Assembly (NCBI GenBank): GCA_965261395.1
Contig: OZ253462.1
Span: forward strand, 3,392,001 to 3,456,000
Origin: Candidatus Latescibacterota bacterium
GTDB lineage: Bacteria > Latescibacterota > UBA2968 > UBA8231
Length of the DNA: 64,000 nucleotides
Direction: 5' to 3'
Positions 39,465 through 49,527 of the stretch are shown here, piece after piece. Under the pieces are notes generated by a model that did not search any database, was not told the origin of the DNA, and was given only the letters and a program-made list of their open reading frames with translations. The position numbers and the translations under genes were made by a program. Every line of letters begins with the position of its first letter. Position 1 is the first letter of the stretch.

Positions 39465-40283
39465 TCAGCGAATGGAACCAGCGGTCAGGCCTTTGACGAA
39501 GCGGCGCTGCATGGCAAGATAGAGTATAGTGATGGGCAGCGACAAGACCACGACGCCGGCGAAGATGTAGTTCCAGTTCTTGACGTACTTGTCCGAGAGA
39601 AAGCGCCATAGCTGGACAAAGGCCAGTTCGCCCTTGTTGGTGCCCATGAGGATGAATGCGTGGGGAAAGTCGTTCCAGGTAAAGAGGCCCCAAAAGATGA
39701 TGATCGTCACCGTGCAGGGGGTCAAAAGCGGGAAGATCACGCGCCAGAAGGTGCCAAAGGGCGTGCAGCCGTCGATCTGCGCGGCTTCTTCGAGGTCGCG
39801 GGGGATGGAGCGCATGAAGCTGCTGTAGATGAACAGGCACAAGGGCAGGCCGTAGGACACGTAGTGCAGCCAGAGGGCAAAGTACGTGTAGCCGATGCCG
39901 AGGTAATTGAACTGGCGCACAAGCGGCAGCATGAGAATCTGGAACGGCACGGTGATCCCGGCCAAGAAGAAGATGCGCCAGAAGCTGCCCGTGCGCATGC
40001 GGCGGCGCGTGAGCGAGTACGCGGCCATGGAAGAGACGACGATGAGCGTGGCGATGACCGCGGCGCACATCAGGAAGCTGTTGAACATCGGCGCGGCGAG
40101 CTTGATGCCGGTGAAGATGTAGTGGTAGTTTTCGAGGGTCGGTGCTGTGGGCAATGCCACGGGCGAGCGGACGATTTCTGGTAGAGTCTTGAAGGAGTTG
40201 ATCAGTGCCAACAAACAGGGTGACACGTAGAGCAGCCCTAAGAGCAGCATACCGATCTCGAAAAGGGGCAGACGGCGCTTCAC
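39465..40283 (-). CDS. Carbohydrate ABC transporter permease (MalG-like)
   Basis: EAA loop IPRDLEEAAQIDGC; QRRFVKGLTAGS. Confidence 0.92.
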   Translation of the reverse strand: MKRRLPLFEIGMLLLGLLYVSPCLLALINSFKTLPEIVRSPVALPTAPTLENYHYIFTGIKLAAPMFNSFLMCAAVIATLIVVSSMAAYSLTRRRMRTGSFWRIFFLAGITVPFQILMLPLVRQFNYLGIGYTYFALWLHYVSYGLPLCLFIYSSFMRSIPRDLEEAAQIDGCTPFGTFWRVIFPLLTPCTVTIIIFWGLFTWNDFPHAFILMGTNKGELAFVQLWRFLSDKYVKNWNYIFAGVVVLSLPITILYLAMQRRFVKGLTAGSIR

Positions 40284-41167
40284 AGGTCGGTCTCGCGGCG
40301 CTGGAAGAAGGCGACTTGCAAGGCGGCGACCAAGACCAGGAAGGCGAAGACGACAAAGGCGATGGCCGAAGCATAGCCTTGGCGGTCGTTTTCCGTGCCG
40401 AGCCAGTAGATGTAGTAGCCAGCGGTAAACGTGCGGTAGCCGGGGCCGCCTTGGGTGGTGACCAAGATTTGCGGGAAGAGGTTGATGCCGGTGATTAGGG
40501 CGATGACCGAGTTGGTCTTGATCATCGGCATGAGCACGGGGACTTGGACGCGGTAGAAGGTGGCCAAAGGGCCAGCTCCGTCGATCTGCGCTGCTTCGTA
40601 GAGTTCCTTGGGGATGGTTTGTAGTCCGGCGAGGAAGATGGTGGTATAGAAGCCGAGGCCGTGCCAGAGGACTAAGGCGAGGATGAAGTAGGGCACCAGC
40701 CCCGGGTCGCCCATCCAGTCTTGAGCCAGCGCGTCGAAACCAAAGGCGCGTATCAGGGTGTTTATGGCGCCGGTGCGGTAGTTGGCCAGATATTGGAAGA
40801 GCAGGGCACTGACGAGGATGCTGAGGATAAAGGGATAGAAAAACAGGCCGCGCACTAGGCCGCGCATGACCTTCATGCGGTCTAGGAGTACGGCTAAAAC
40901 CAGCGACAGCGAGGTGTAGCCGACGACGATCATGGCCGTTTCAAAGAGCGTGAAGCGCAAAGCGGTGAAGAAGCGATCGTCGGCGAGCAACTCGCGGAAG
41001 TTGTCCAAGCCGATAAAGCGAGGATCTTTGGTCCAGCCAGACCAGTCGGTTAGGCCGTAGGTAAACCCGAGCAGGGTCGGCAGCACGAAAAAGGCTAGGT
41101 AGAGGAGCGCGGCGGGGCCGCAGAGCAGGGCTGAGGCAGTGGATTTTTCGATGGAAGCTCGTTGCAT
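40280..41167 (-). CDS. Carbohydrate ABC transporter permease (MalF-like)
   Basis: FIGLDNF; LAGLQTIPKELYEAAQIDGA; ATG chosen at 41167 because the longer ORF runs into the tnpB element. Confidence 0.9.
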   Translation of the reverse strand: MQRASIEKSTASALLCGPAALLYLAFFVLPTLLGFTYGLTDWSGWTKDPRFIGLDNFRELLADDRFFTALRFTLFETAMIVVGYTSLSLVLAVLLDRMKVMRGLVRGLFFYPFILSILVSALLFQYLANYRTGAINTLIRAFGFDALAQDWMGDPGLVPYFILALVLWHGLGFYTTIFLAGLQTIPKELYEAAQIDGAGPLATFYRVQVPVLMPMIKTNSVIALITGINLFPQILVTTQGGPGYRTFTAGYYIYWLGTENDRQGYASAIAFVVFAFLVLVAALQVAFFQRRETDL

Positions 41168-41183
41168 GGCGCAGGGGTAGTGA

Positions 41184-42317
41184 CTACTCCCAAGCCTCAA
41201 GGCTTGGGCTTCGCGGTGGTTCATCCACCTGAGATTGTAGCCCCAATCTCAGAATGTTTCGAGCGGCGTTTTCATCTCGGTCAAGGACAACTCCACAGCA
41301 GGGACAGACATGGACTCGTTCAGACAGAGCCTTACGATGTCGGTGTCCACACTGGGAGCAGTCTTGCGAGGTATAGGCCGGGTTGACGGCGACCAGCGTC
41401 CTACCAGCCTCTTCCGCTTTGTAGGACAGGCACTGCCGGAACTGCGACCATGCCGCATCGTGAATGGATTTGGAAAGACAGTGATTACGCACCATACCGT
41501 TAATAATCAGGTCTTCGACGGCGATCAGCCCGTAGTGGTTGACCAAACATCGGGCCAGTTGATGAGCAAAATCGTGCCGCCGAAAGCGTATGCGCTCATG
41601 CACTCTTGCTACCACCTTGCGAGCCTTAGCGCGGGCCGGTGTGCCCTTCTTCTGCTTGGAGAGCTTGCGCTGCGCCTTAGCCAGCACCTGCTCCTCTTGG
41701 CGAAAGAAGCGCGGGGGGGCTATCTGATCCCCATTCGACAGGGTGGCAAATTTCTCTAAGCCTACGTCAATGCCCACCGCTTCGTCGCTTTTCGGCAACG
41801 GCTGCGGCTCTACTTCGCAGACGATGGAGGCATACCACTTGCCCGTAGCCGACCGACGCACCGTGCATGTTTTGGATGTACCTTCCAGTGGACGATGTGC
41901 TTTGATACGAATGCGCCCGATTTTCCCCAAGCGCAACCCCCCCTCTTTGATCTCAAACCCATGTGCCTGCGGGTAGGTGAGGCTGTCGTAGCGACCCAAG
42001 CCCCTGAACCGGGGAAAGCCGGGCACACCGCCCACCTTGACCCTACGAAAGAATGCCTGAAACGCCAAATCAACGCGCACCGCCACGTTTTGTAGTACCT
42101 GGCTATACACCTGCGACAATGTAGGACGGTCTAACTTAAGAAACGAAAGGCGAGCTTGCTGGGCGTACAGGCTCAAGCTCTCGCCCCGATTTTGATAGGC
42201 TTGGATGCGATCTACTACAAAATGGTTGTAGAGCATTCGGCATTCCTCAAGGTGCGTCGCCAGTATTCCCGTCTGCTTGCGCGTGGGATACAATCTATAT
42301 TTGAATGCCTTACGCAT
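41184..42317 (-). mobile_element. tnpB: IS200/IS605-family TnpB RNA-guided endonuclease, no adjacent tnpA
   Basis: KAFKYRLYPT; RuvC motifs GIDVG, IAVEDL, DRDENAARNI; Zn finger CSQC/CPCC; right-end hairpin CCCAAGCC-TTGA-GGCTTGGG then AGTAGTCAC ending at 41180. Confidence 0.93.
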
Positions 42318-42641
42318 ACTTAATGGTATGCGCGTAAGACTTAACCCCGTCAAGAGGTTGTCAGGGCTAAAGCCAACCTTATATCTCAATCCTGCTTCGC
42401 CGTGCCTCTAGGCGGGCTTTACGGCCTAAAGGCCGATAGGTGAAAAAGGTGCCTAGGATATCAAGCATTGCTTGAGAAGCCATCTTAAAATTCCAGGGGT
42501 GCCTGCATGTCGTCCGATGAACTCGGTACCCCGATAGATTGCCTGCTACAGCCCGTATAGCGTGTTGGAAAGGCGGCTGGCCATCACCTATATTAGTGCC
42601 CTTTAATCCATTCAGACCACGCTGGCTGAAAGACCTACACC

Positions 42642-45600
42642 ATGGCCGAATTGACCCCTGAGACCAGCCACAACCCGGCTGTCCTGCGCCACCTCCTCGA
42701 TAACTGGCGACAACAGGCCGCCACGGCTGGGTACCGCCGCGAGCGCGACAAAGGAACCACATTCGAGCGGCTTTGCATCGCCTACCTACAGCACGACCCG
42801 ATCCAAGCTCGGCAATACGAGCGGCCCATGTCCTATTCGGATTGGGCCCAAGCACCGGAGCGGCGCGACGACCGAGTGGCCGAGCCCCTGGGATTCTACG
42901 CCGAGCCGGAGCGGTCGGCGCAAGACCTCGGTATCGACTTGGTCGCCAAGCTGCGAGACGAGGAGGGTTGGTGTGCCATTCAGTGCAAATTCCATGCAAC
43001 GGGCAGCCGCATCGCCAAGGCAGATATCGATTCGTTTTTGGCCGCTTCGGGTCATAAGGATTTCCGGCAGCGGCTGATCATCGACACGACCGGCCGTGAG
43101 TGGAACTCCCAAACGGAGGAGATGCTGCGGAAACAAGCAGTACCGGTTCGGCGGATCGGCCTGCAAGAATTACAGGCCAGCCCAATCCGTTGGCAGGACT
43201 TTGCGACCAGCAGCGAAATCCACCTCGCCGCCAAACGCACACTCTTTCCACATCAGCGCAAGGCGATGGAAGCAGTCACCGGCGGATTAGCGAACCTAGG
43301 CAGTCGCGGCAAAATGATCATGGCCTGCGGCACCGGCAAAACACTGACATCCCTCCGCATCGCCGAACAGCTCGCCGGTACCGGAGGGCGGGTTCTTTAT
43401 CTTGTGCCCAGTCTGGCGCTGATGGCGCAGACGGTGCGCGAATGGGCGCAAGACGCCAAAATTCCGCTGCGATCGTTCGCGGTGTGCTCCGACTCACAAG
43501 TTGGCAAGCGCCGGCGTCGCAGTGACGACCTCATCGACATGGACGCGCTGGATTTGGCGTTTCCGGCCAATACAGATGCGGTCCGTCTCGCCACCGTCGC
43601 GGCCCCGTCCGCGCCGGACGACCTGACCGTCGTCTTTGCCACTTACCAATCCAGCTTGGTAATCGAGGAGGCGCAGAAGGTACACGGGCTGCCCGACTTC
43701 GACCTCGTGATCTGCGACGAGGCGCACCGCACCGCCGGGGCGCTGATCGAGGGCGAAGACCCGTCGCATTTCGTCCGCATCCACAGCGACGAGCACATCC
43801 GCTGCGATCGGCGGCTCTACATGACCGCGACACAAAAGATCTATGCCGCCAGCGCACGGACCCGAGCCGGTAAATTGGCGGCGGCCCTCTGCTCAATGGA
43901 GGATGAACCCATCTACGGGCCGTTGCTCTACGAACTTACCTTCGGCGCGGCCGTGGAGCAGAGCCTGCTAGCAGATTACAAAGTGATCGTTCTGACGGTT
44001 CCGGAGGGTGCCGCGGCCCAAGCCATTCAGCGCAGTCTTGCCGAGGACGGCGAATTGAAACTCGACGACGGGGCCAAACTGCTTGGCTGCTGGCGGGCCT
44101 TGGCCAAGGTGGATGACGACCAATTTCCGGAAAACGACCGCGAAGGTATGCGCCGCGCCATCGCCTTTTGCCGCGACATCAACTCCTCCCAGCAAGTGGA
44201 GCGGCTCTTTGCCCAAGTCGCCGAGGAATACCGTGAGCATGAAGGGGCGGGCCTAACGGAATACCCGGTTTCGGCTCAGCATGTCGATGGCACCTTCAAC
44301 GCCACAAAGCGTTCGGCGGCACTGCATTGGTTGGAGGAGGCCGACCGCGGCTGCCGAGTGCTCACCAACGCCCGCTGCCTTTCCGAAGGGGTAGATGTAC
44401 CGTCATTGGACGCCATCCTCTTCATGCACCCACGCAAGAGTCAAATCGATGTGGTGCAGGCGGTGGGGCGGGTCATGCGCAAAGCCCCGGGCAAGCAGAT
44501 AGGCTATGTCGTACTGCCAGTGGTCATTCCGTCGGGCATTCAGCCGGAAGCCGCGCTCAACGACAACAAGGCTTTCGAGGTCGTCTGGCAGACGCTGAAT
44601 GCGATCCGTAGTCACGATGAGCGGTTTGAGGGGATGATAAACCGGATTAAACTGGGCGAACCGGGCGACCGCATTGGCCTTATCACCATAGCGGACTGGG
44701 AGCCGGCTGCGGCTCGGACCGGAGACGGGCCAGGCATTGGAAAAAGGGGGGCGAGGGACCCGGACACCACGCGCACCCAGCCGGAGGATTCCCAGCCGAC
44801 CTTGTTCGACGGACTGCCAGAGGCGATTAGGGCGAAAATCGTCGAGAAGTGCGGCGACCGGAAGTACTGGGACGAATGGGCCGGCGATGTCGCGGATATT
44901 GCCCGTCGGCATATCGAGCGCATCACGGCCCTCGTCGAATCCGGCGACGCCGAGCGGGAGATTTTCCAAGAGTTCGTCACCGAGTTGCGCGACGATCTAA
45001 ACGAGGGCATAACCGATGCCGACGCTATTGAAATGCTGGCGCAGCATTCGGTGACCGGGCCGGTGTTCGACGCGTTGTTCGGCGAGACGGAGTTCGTTTC
45101 GCGCAATCCGGTTAGCCAAGGCATCCAAACTGTGTTGGATGTGCTCAGGCCGGCGAACATCGACGCGGAAGCGGCTAGTCTCGACGAGTTTTACGACAGC
45201 GTCCGGCGGCGGGTGGAAGGAGCGGCTACCGACGAGGCCAAGCAAAAAATCGTCGTCGAGCTATACGACAAATTCTTCCGCAACGCCTTCCCCAACATGA
45301 CGCAGCGGCTGGGGATCGTTTATACGCCCGTGGAGATCGTTGATTTCATCATCCGCTCGGTGAACGATGTCTTGGAGGACGAATTCGGCACGACGTTGGG
45401 TTCCGAGGGCGTACATATTCTCGATCCATTCACCGGCACCGGCACGTTTATTACGCGACTGTTGCAGTCGGGCTTGATTGCACCGGAGGATTTGTCGCGC
45501 AAGTACGCTAATGAGATTCACGCTAATGAGATCGTCTTGCTGGCCTATTACATCGCGGCGGTGAATATCGAAACCGCCTATCACGAGATTGCCGGCGGGG

Positions 45601-47588
45601 ACTACAAACCGTTTGAAGGCATTTGCTTGACGGACACCTTTGAAATGCAGGAAGGCGACGATTTGCTGGCGCAGATTATGCCGGATAATTCTGGGCGGCG
45701 GACGCGACAGAAAGAGACGGATATCCGCGTGATTTTTGGGAATCCGCCGTGGTCGGCAAAACAGGAGAGTGCTAACGACAATGCGGCGAACCAAGAATAT
45801 CTGGGCTTGGATGGGCGCATTCGCGACAGTTACGCAAGACACTCTAGCGCCACCAATCTCAACATTCTTTATGACAGCTATATCCGCGCCGTCCGCTGGG
45901 CGAGCGACCGGATCGGCACAAGCGGCGTAATCGGATTTGTGACCAATGCGGGCTGGATTGATGGCAATGCGATGGACGGGATGCGGAAGTGTCTGGCCGA
46001 GGAATTCTCAAGCCTTTATGTGTTCCACCTGCGGGGGAATGCACGTACTCAAGGGGAACAGCGTCGTAAGGAAAAGGACAATGTATTCGGCTCAGGCTCC
46101 CGTGCGCCGGTCGCCATCACCATCTTCGTTAAAAATCCCGAGGCGACGGAGCACGGGCGCATCCTGTTCCGCGACATCGGCGATTATCTAGACCGCGAAG
46201 CAAAACTCGAAGCAGTCCAGCAATTCGGTAGCATTCGCGGTATAAAAGTAAAGGAGGCCGATAGCTGGACTCGAATAACGCCGGACACGAAGCATGACTG
46301 GTTAGATCAGCGAGATCCAAAATTCGACCAGTTCCCGATGATTGGCAGCAAAGATAAAGCGCAGTTAGCAGAAATACGGCTGTTTGGAAATTACTCATGC
46401 GGCGTTAAGACTAACCGGGACACTTGGTGCTATAACTCCTCACAGGACGTACTCGAAGCAAACATCCGGTCAATGATCGGCTTTTACAATTCAGAGGTAG
46501 AGCGGTTCCGGCAGGAGCGCCCCGGCACATCGCAGGAATCCATCAACGACTTCGTCAACAACGACTCGAAGAGGATTAGCTGGTCGGGAAAACTTAAGGC
46601 TGATCTCGGCTGGGAAAAACCTCTCGATTTCGAAGAGGGGTGGATCACGCCATCCATCTACCGGCCATTCACGCGACAATGCCTGTATTTTAGCCAGCGT
46701 CTAAATGAACGGGTTTACCAAATGCCGCAAATCTTCCCACATGCCGACGCGGGAAATCGCCTGATCTGCGTGCCGGGCGTAGGTGCGCGGTCCTTTTCGG
46801 TGCTAATGGTCGAGGAAATTCCCGATTTAAACATACTGGAAGCAGGAGCCCAATGCTTCCCCCTCCACTTATACAAAAAGCCCGACAGCGATGACGGTCT
46901 ATTCGGTCAGCAACCTGACGCAACCGACGCCCACGGCTATACCCGCCGAGACGCCATCACCGACGATGCGTTAGCCAAATTCCGCACCGCTTACGGTAAC
47001 ACTGTCTCCAAGCACGACATCTTCCACTACATCTACGGTCTGCTCCACGTCCCAGCATACCGCCAGCGATTCGCCAACAATCTCTCCAAAGAGCTGCCGC
47101 GTATCCCGCTCGCCGCTGACCCCGACCATTTCACTGCCCTCGTCGCTGCCGGGCACGAGTTAGGCGATCTACACGTCGGCTTCGACCGTGTTGATCCGTG
47201 GCCGCTCGAATTCGCCAACGGCAGTTGGGACGCGCCGGCCGGTACCGATCCGGCAACCTACTTCCGCGTCCAAAAGATGAAACTCGGCGGCACCCAGAAG
47301 GAACCCGACCGCACGACTCTCATCTACAACAGCAACATTACCGTTACCGGCATCCCAGACGCCGCTTGGGACTACGAAGTCAACGGCAAACCCGCCCTCA
47401 AATGGGTCATGGAGCGACAGGCCGTATCCACCCACAGAGACAGCGGCATCGTCAACGACGCCAACCACTACGCCACCGAAACCATCGGCGACCCATCCTA
47501 TCCGCTAAAACTCCTCGCCTGCGTCATCCGCGTCAGCATGGAAACCAACCGCATAGTCGAAGGACTGCCGGAGCTGGTGTGGATGTGA
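42642..47588 (+). CDS. Type ISP (LlaBIII/LlaGI-like) single-polypeptide restriction-modification enzyme
   Basis: Mrr-like nuclease GIDLVA...AIQCK; SF2 helicase MACGTGKT, DEAH, QAVGRVMR; N6-adenine MTase ILDPFTGTG, GNPPW; C-terminal target recognition region; 1648 aa. Confidence 0.92.
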   Translation: MAELTPETSHNPAVLRHLLDNWRQQAATAGYRRERDKGTTFERLCIAYLQHDPIQARQYERPMSYSDWAQAPERRDDRVAEPLGFYAEPERSAQDLGIDLVAKLRDEEGWCAIQCKFHATGSRIAKADIDSFLAASGHKDFRQRLIIDTTGREWNSQTEEMLRKQAVPVRRIGLQELQASPIRWQDFATSSEIHLAAKRTLFPHQRKAMEAVTGGLANLGSRGKMIMACGTGKTLTSLRIAEQLAGTGGRVLYLVPSLALMAQTVREWAQDAKIPLRSFAVCSDSQVGKRRRRSDDLIDMDALDLAFPANTDAVRLATVAAPSAPDDLTVVFATYQSSLVIEEAQKVHGLPDFDLVICDEAHRTAGALIEGEDPSHFVRIHSDEHIRCDRRLYMTATQKIYAASARTRAGKLAAALCSMEDEPIYGPLLYELTFGAAVEQSLLADYKVIVLTVPEGAAAQAIQRSLAEDGELKLDDGAKLLGCWRALAKVDDDQFPENDREGMRRAIAFCRDINSSQQVERLFAQVAEEYREHEGAGLTEYPVSAQHVDGTFNATKRSAALHWLEEADRGCRVLTNARCLSEGVDVPSLDAILFMHPRKSQIDVVQAVGRVMRKAPGKQIGYVVLPVVIPSGIQPEAALNDNKAFEVVWQTLNAIRSHDERFEGMINRIKLGEPGDRIGLITIADWEPAAARTGDGPGIGKRGARDPDTTRTQPEDSQPTLFDGLPEAIRAKIVEKCGDRKYWDEWAGDVADIARRHIERITALVESGDAEREIFQEFVTELRDDLNEGITDADAIEMLAQHSVTGPVFDALFGETEFVSRNPVSQGIQTVLDVLRPANIDAEAASLDEFYDSVRRRVEGAATDEAKQKIVVELYDKFFRNAFPNMTQRLGIVYTPVEIVDFIIRSVNDVLEDEFGTTLGSEGVHILDPFTGTGTFITRLLQSGLIAPEDLSRKYANEIHANEIVLLAYYIAAVNIETAYHEIAGGDYKPFEGICLTDTFEMQEGDDLLAQIMPDNSGRRTRQKETDIRVIFGNPPWSAKQESANDNAANQEYLGLDGRIRDSYARHSSATNLNILYDSYIRAVRWASDRIGTSGVIGFVTNAGWIDGNAMDGMRKCLAEEFSSLYVFHLRGNARTQGEQRRKEKDNVFGSGSRAPVAITIFVKNPEATEHGRILFRDIGDYLDREAKLEAVQQFGSIRGIKVKEADSWTRITPDTKHDWLDQRDPKFDQFPMIGSKDKAQLAEIRLFGNYSCGVKTNRDTWCYNSSQDVLEANIRSMIGFYNSEVERFRQERPGTSQESINDFVNNDSKRISWSGKLKADLGWEKPLDFEEGWITPSIYRPFTRQCLYFSQRLNERVYQMPQIFPHADAGNRLICVPGVGARSFSVLMVEEIPDLNILEAGAQCFPLHLYKKPDSDDGLFGQQPDATDAHGYTRRDAITDDALAKFRTAYGNTVSKHDIFHYIYGLLHVPAYRQRFANNLSKELPRIPLAADPDHFTALVAAGHELGDLHVGFDRVDPWPLEFANGSWDAPAGTDPATYFRVQKMKLGGTQKEPDRTTLIYNSNITVTGIPDAAWDYEVNGKPALKWVMERQAVSTHRDSGIVNDANHYATETIGDPSYPLKLLACVIRVSMETNRIVEGLPELVWM

Positions 47589-47736
47589 GGGGCGTTTTTA
47601 AAACTAGGGTTTTGGCCTCTTACTCGGCTCAAAACGTCTGGGATCGCGGGCGTCTCGCCCTCGGAAAGCGCCGGACGCCGAGGCCATTAGCTAGCCTACA
47701 AAGCAGCCCAAGGGAGTTTTTGGGCTTGGCTATACT

Positions 47737-48642
47737 ATGAGCGGAGTACTGACGCAGTACCACAAGCATAAGGGGTTGTTGCTGCTGGTGGCACCGGGGC
47801 TGGCCTTTTTCCTCGTCTTCAATTACCTGCCCATGTTAGGGCTGGTGCTGGCCTTTAAGGAGTTTCGCCTGAGCGCCGGCATCTTAGGCAGCGAGTGGAG
47901 CGGGTTGGAGAATTTCTCTCGCCTCTTTGGCGGGGCAGATTTTCCCAATGCCCTGCGCAACACGGTAGTCATCAGCTTCTTGCGCTTGCTGTTTGGCTTT
48001 TTCGCGCCGATCGCGCTAGCGCTGATGCTCAACGAGATCCGCGTTTCCTGGTACAAGCGCACCGTGCAGACGGTGACCTATATCCCCTACTTCCTCTCGT
48101 GGGTCATCTTGGGCGGCATCTTCCTGATGATTTTCTCGCAGAGCGGGCCGGCCAATCAGATTGCCCAGCTCTTCGGCGTTTCCCCGATTGAGTTCCTCAC
48201 CGACGATTTTTGGTTTATCGCGGTGGTCATCGCCACCGGGATCTGGCAGGCAGCTGGCTACGGAGCGGTGATCTACTTGGCGGCACTGGCCGGGATTTCC
48301 CCCGATCTGTACGAGGCGGCCGTCGTCGATGGGGCCGGGCGCTGGAAGCAGACCTTGCACATCACGATCCCGGGGCTGGTGCCGACGATTATCACGCTTT
48401 TCATCCTCAATCTCGGCCACGTGCTCAACGCCGGCTTCGACCAGATTTACAACATGTACAATCCCATGGTGTACGACGCGGCCGACATTATCGACACCTA
48501 TGTCCTGCGGCGAATCGTGCTGATGGACTTTGGGCTGGCCACGGGTGCCGGGCTTTTCAAATCGGTGGTTGGCTTGTTGATGGTGGTGTTGGCTAACTCG
48601 CTGGCCCGGCGGCTCAGCGGAGGGGAGCAGGGAATATGGTAA
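47737..48642 (+). CDS. Carbohydrate ABC transporter permease (LplB-like)
   Basis: GLENF; YLAALAGISPDLYEAAVVDGA; DIIDTYV. Confidence 0.92.
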   Translation: MSGVLTQYHKHKGLLLLVAPGLAFFLVFNYLPMLGLVLAFKEFRLSAGILGSEWSGLENFSRLFGGADFPNALRNTVVISFLRLLFGFFAPIALALMLNEIRVSWYKRTVQTVTYIPYFLSWVILGGIFLMIFSQSGPANQIAQLFGVSPIEFLTDDFWFIAVVIATGIWQAAGYGAVIYLAALAGISPDLYEAAVVDGAGRWKQTLHITIPGLVPTIITLFILNLGHVLNAGFDQIYNMYNPMVYDAADIIDTYVLRRIVLMDFGLATGAGLFKSVVGLLMVVLANSLARRLSGGEQGIW

Positions 48643-49514
48643 GTCGCACGCGAGGCGAGAAGGTGTTCAACGTCTTTAACCTGACGGTGTTGGGCTTGGT
48701 CGGGCTGATGGCGCTCTATCCTTTTGTGTACACGATTTCGATGTCGTTGAGCAGCGCTGCCGAGGCTATGCGCGCCAGCCTGCACCTCTACCCACGGGAC
48801 GTTTCGCTGACCTCGTACCGCATGGTGCTGTCCAACCCCGAGATCGTCACGGGGTTCACCAACTCGATCCTGCGCACGGTGTTGGGCACGGCGCTGACCC
48901 TCTTTTTTACTTGTCTGACGGCCTATCCGCTGGCGCGACGCGAGATGCCGCACCGCAGTCCGCTGCTGTTCTTGGTGCTTTTCACCATGCTCTTTAGCGG
49001 CGGCATTGTGCCCAATTATCTGCTGGTCAAAAACCTCGGTCTGATCGACTCAATATGGGCGCTGGTGCTGCCACAGATGCTGACGGCGTTTAACATTATC
49101 GTGGTCAAGAATTTCTTTCAGGCTATTCCCGAAAGCTTGGCCGAGTCGGCCAAGATCGACGGGGCCAGCGAGTTTAATATCCTCTTTAGGATCTACGTGC
49201 CTCTTTCCAAGCCAGTGCTGGCGACGATTGGGCTATGGACGGCGGTGGCGCACTGGAACCACTGGTTCGACGCCATGCTCTATATCGCGTCGGACGAGAA
49301 TCAGGTGTTGCAGACCTTTTTACAGCGGATCGTCATCGAGAACAGCGTCGAGCTGATCGAGCAGGGGCTGGTCGATCCGAACATCACCGAGTTCACGCCC
49401 GAGACGATCAAGGCAGCGACCGTGGTCGTTACCATCCTGCCGATGCTTTTGGTCTATCCGTTCGTGCAGAAGTACTTCGTGCGCGGGATCATGCTGGGCA
49501 GCGTCAAGGAGTAA
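48636..49514 (+). CDS. Carbohydrate ABC transporter permease (LplC-like)
   Basis: FSGGIVPNYL; IPESLAESAKIDGA; YPFVQKYFVRGIMLGSVKE. Confidence 0.92.
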   Translation: MVSRTRGEKVFNVFNLTVLGLVGLMALYPFVYTISMSLSSAAEAMRASLHLYPRDVSLTSYRMVLSNPEIVTGFTNSILRTVLGTALTLFFTCLTAYPLARREMPHRSPLLFLVLFTMLFSGGIVPNYLLVKNLGLIDSIWALVLPQMLTAFNIIVVKNFFQAIPESLAESAKIDGASEFNILFRIYVPLSKPVLATIGLWTAVAHWNHWFDAMLYIASDENQVLQTFLQRIVIENSVELIEQGLVDPNITEFTPETIKAATVVVTILPMLLVYPFVQKYFVRGIMLGSVKE

Positions 49515-49527
49515 ACAAGCCCGGATC

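Noticed and set aside
42379-42999. 206-aa minus-strand ORF as a possible tnpA
   Set aside because: No HUH/Y1 or serine recombinase motif, and it overlaps the R-M gene antisense.
47589-47736. Possible MITE or structured RNA between the R-M gene and the permease
   Set aside because: Only short imperfect hairpins, and no second copy within the window to define it.
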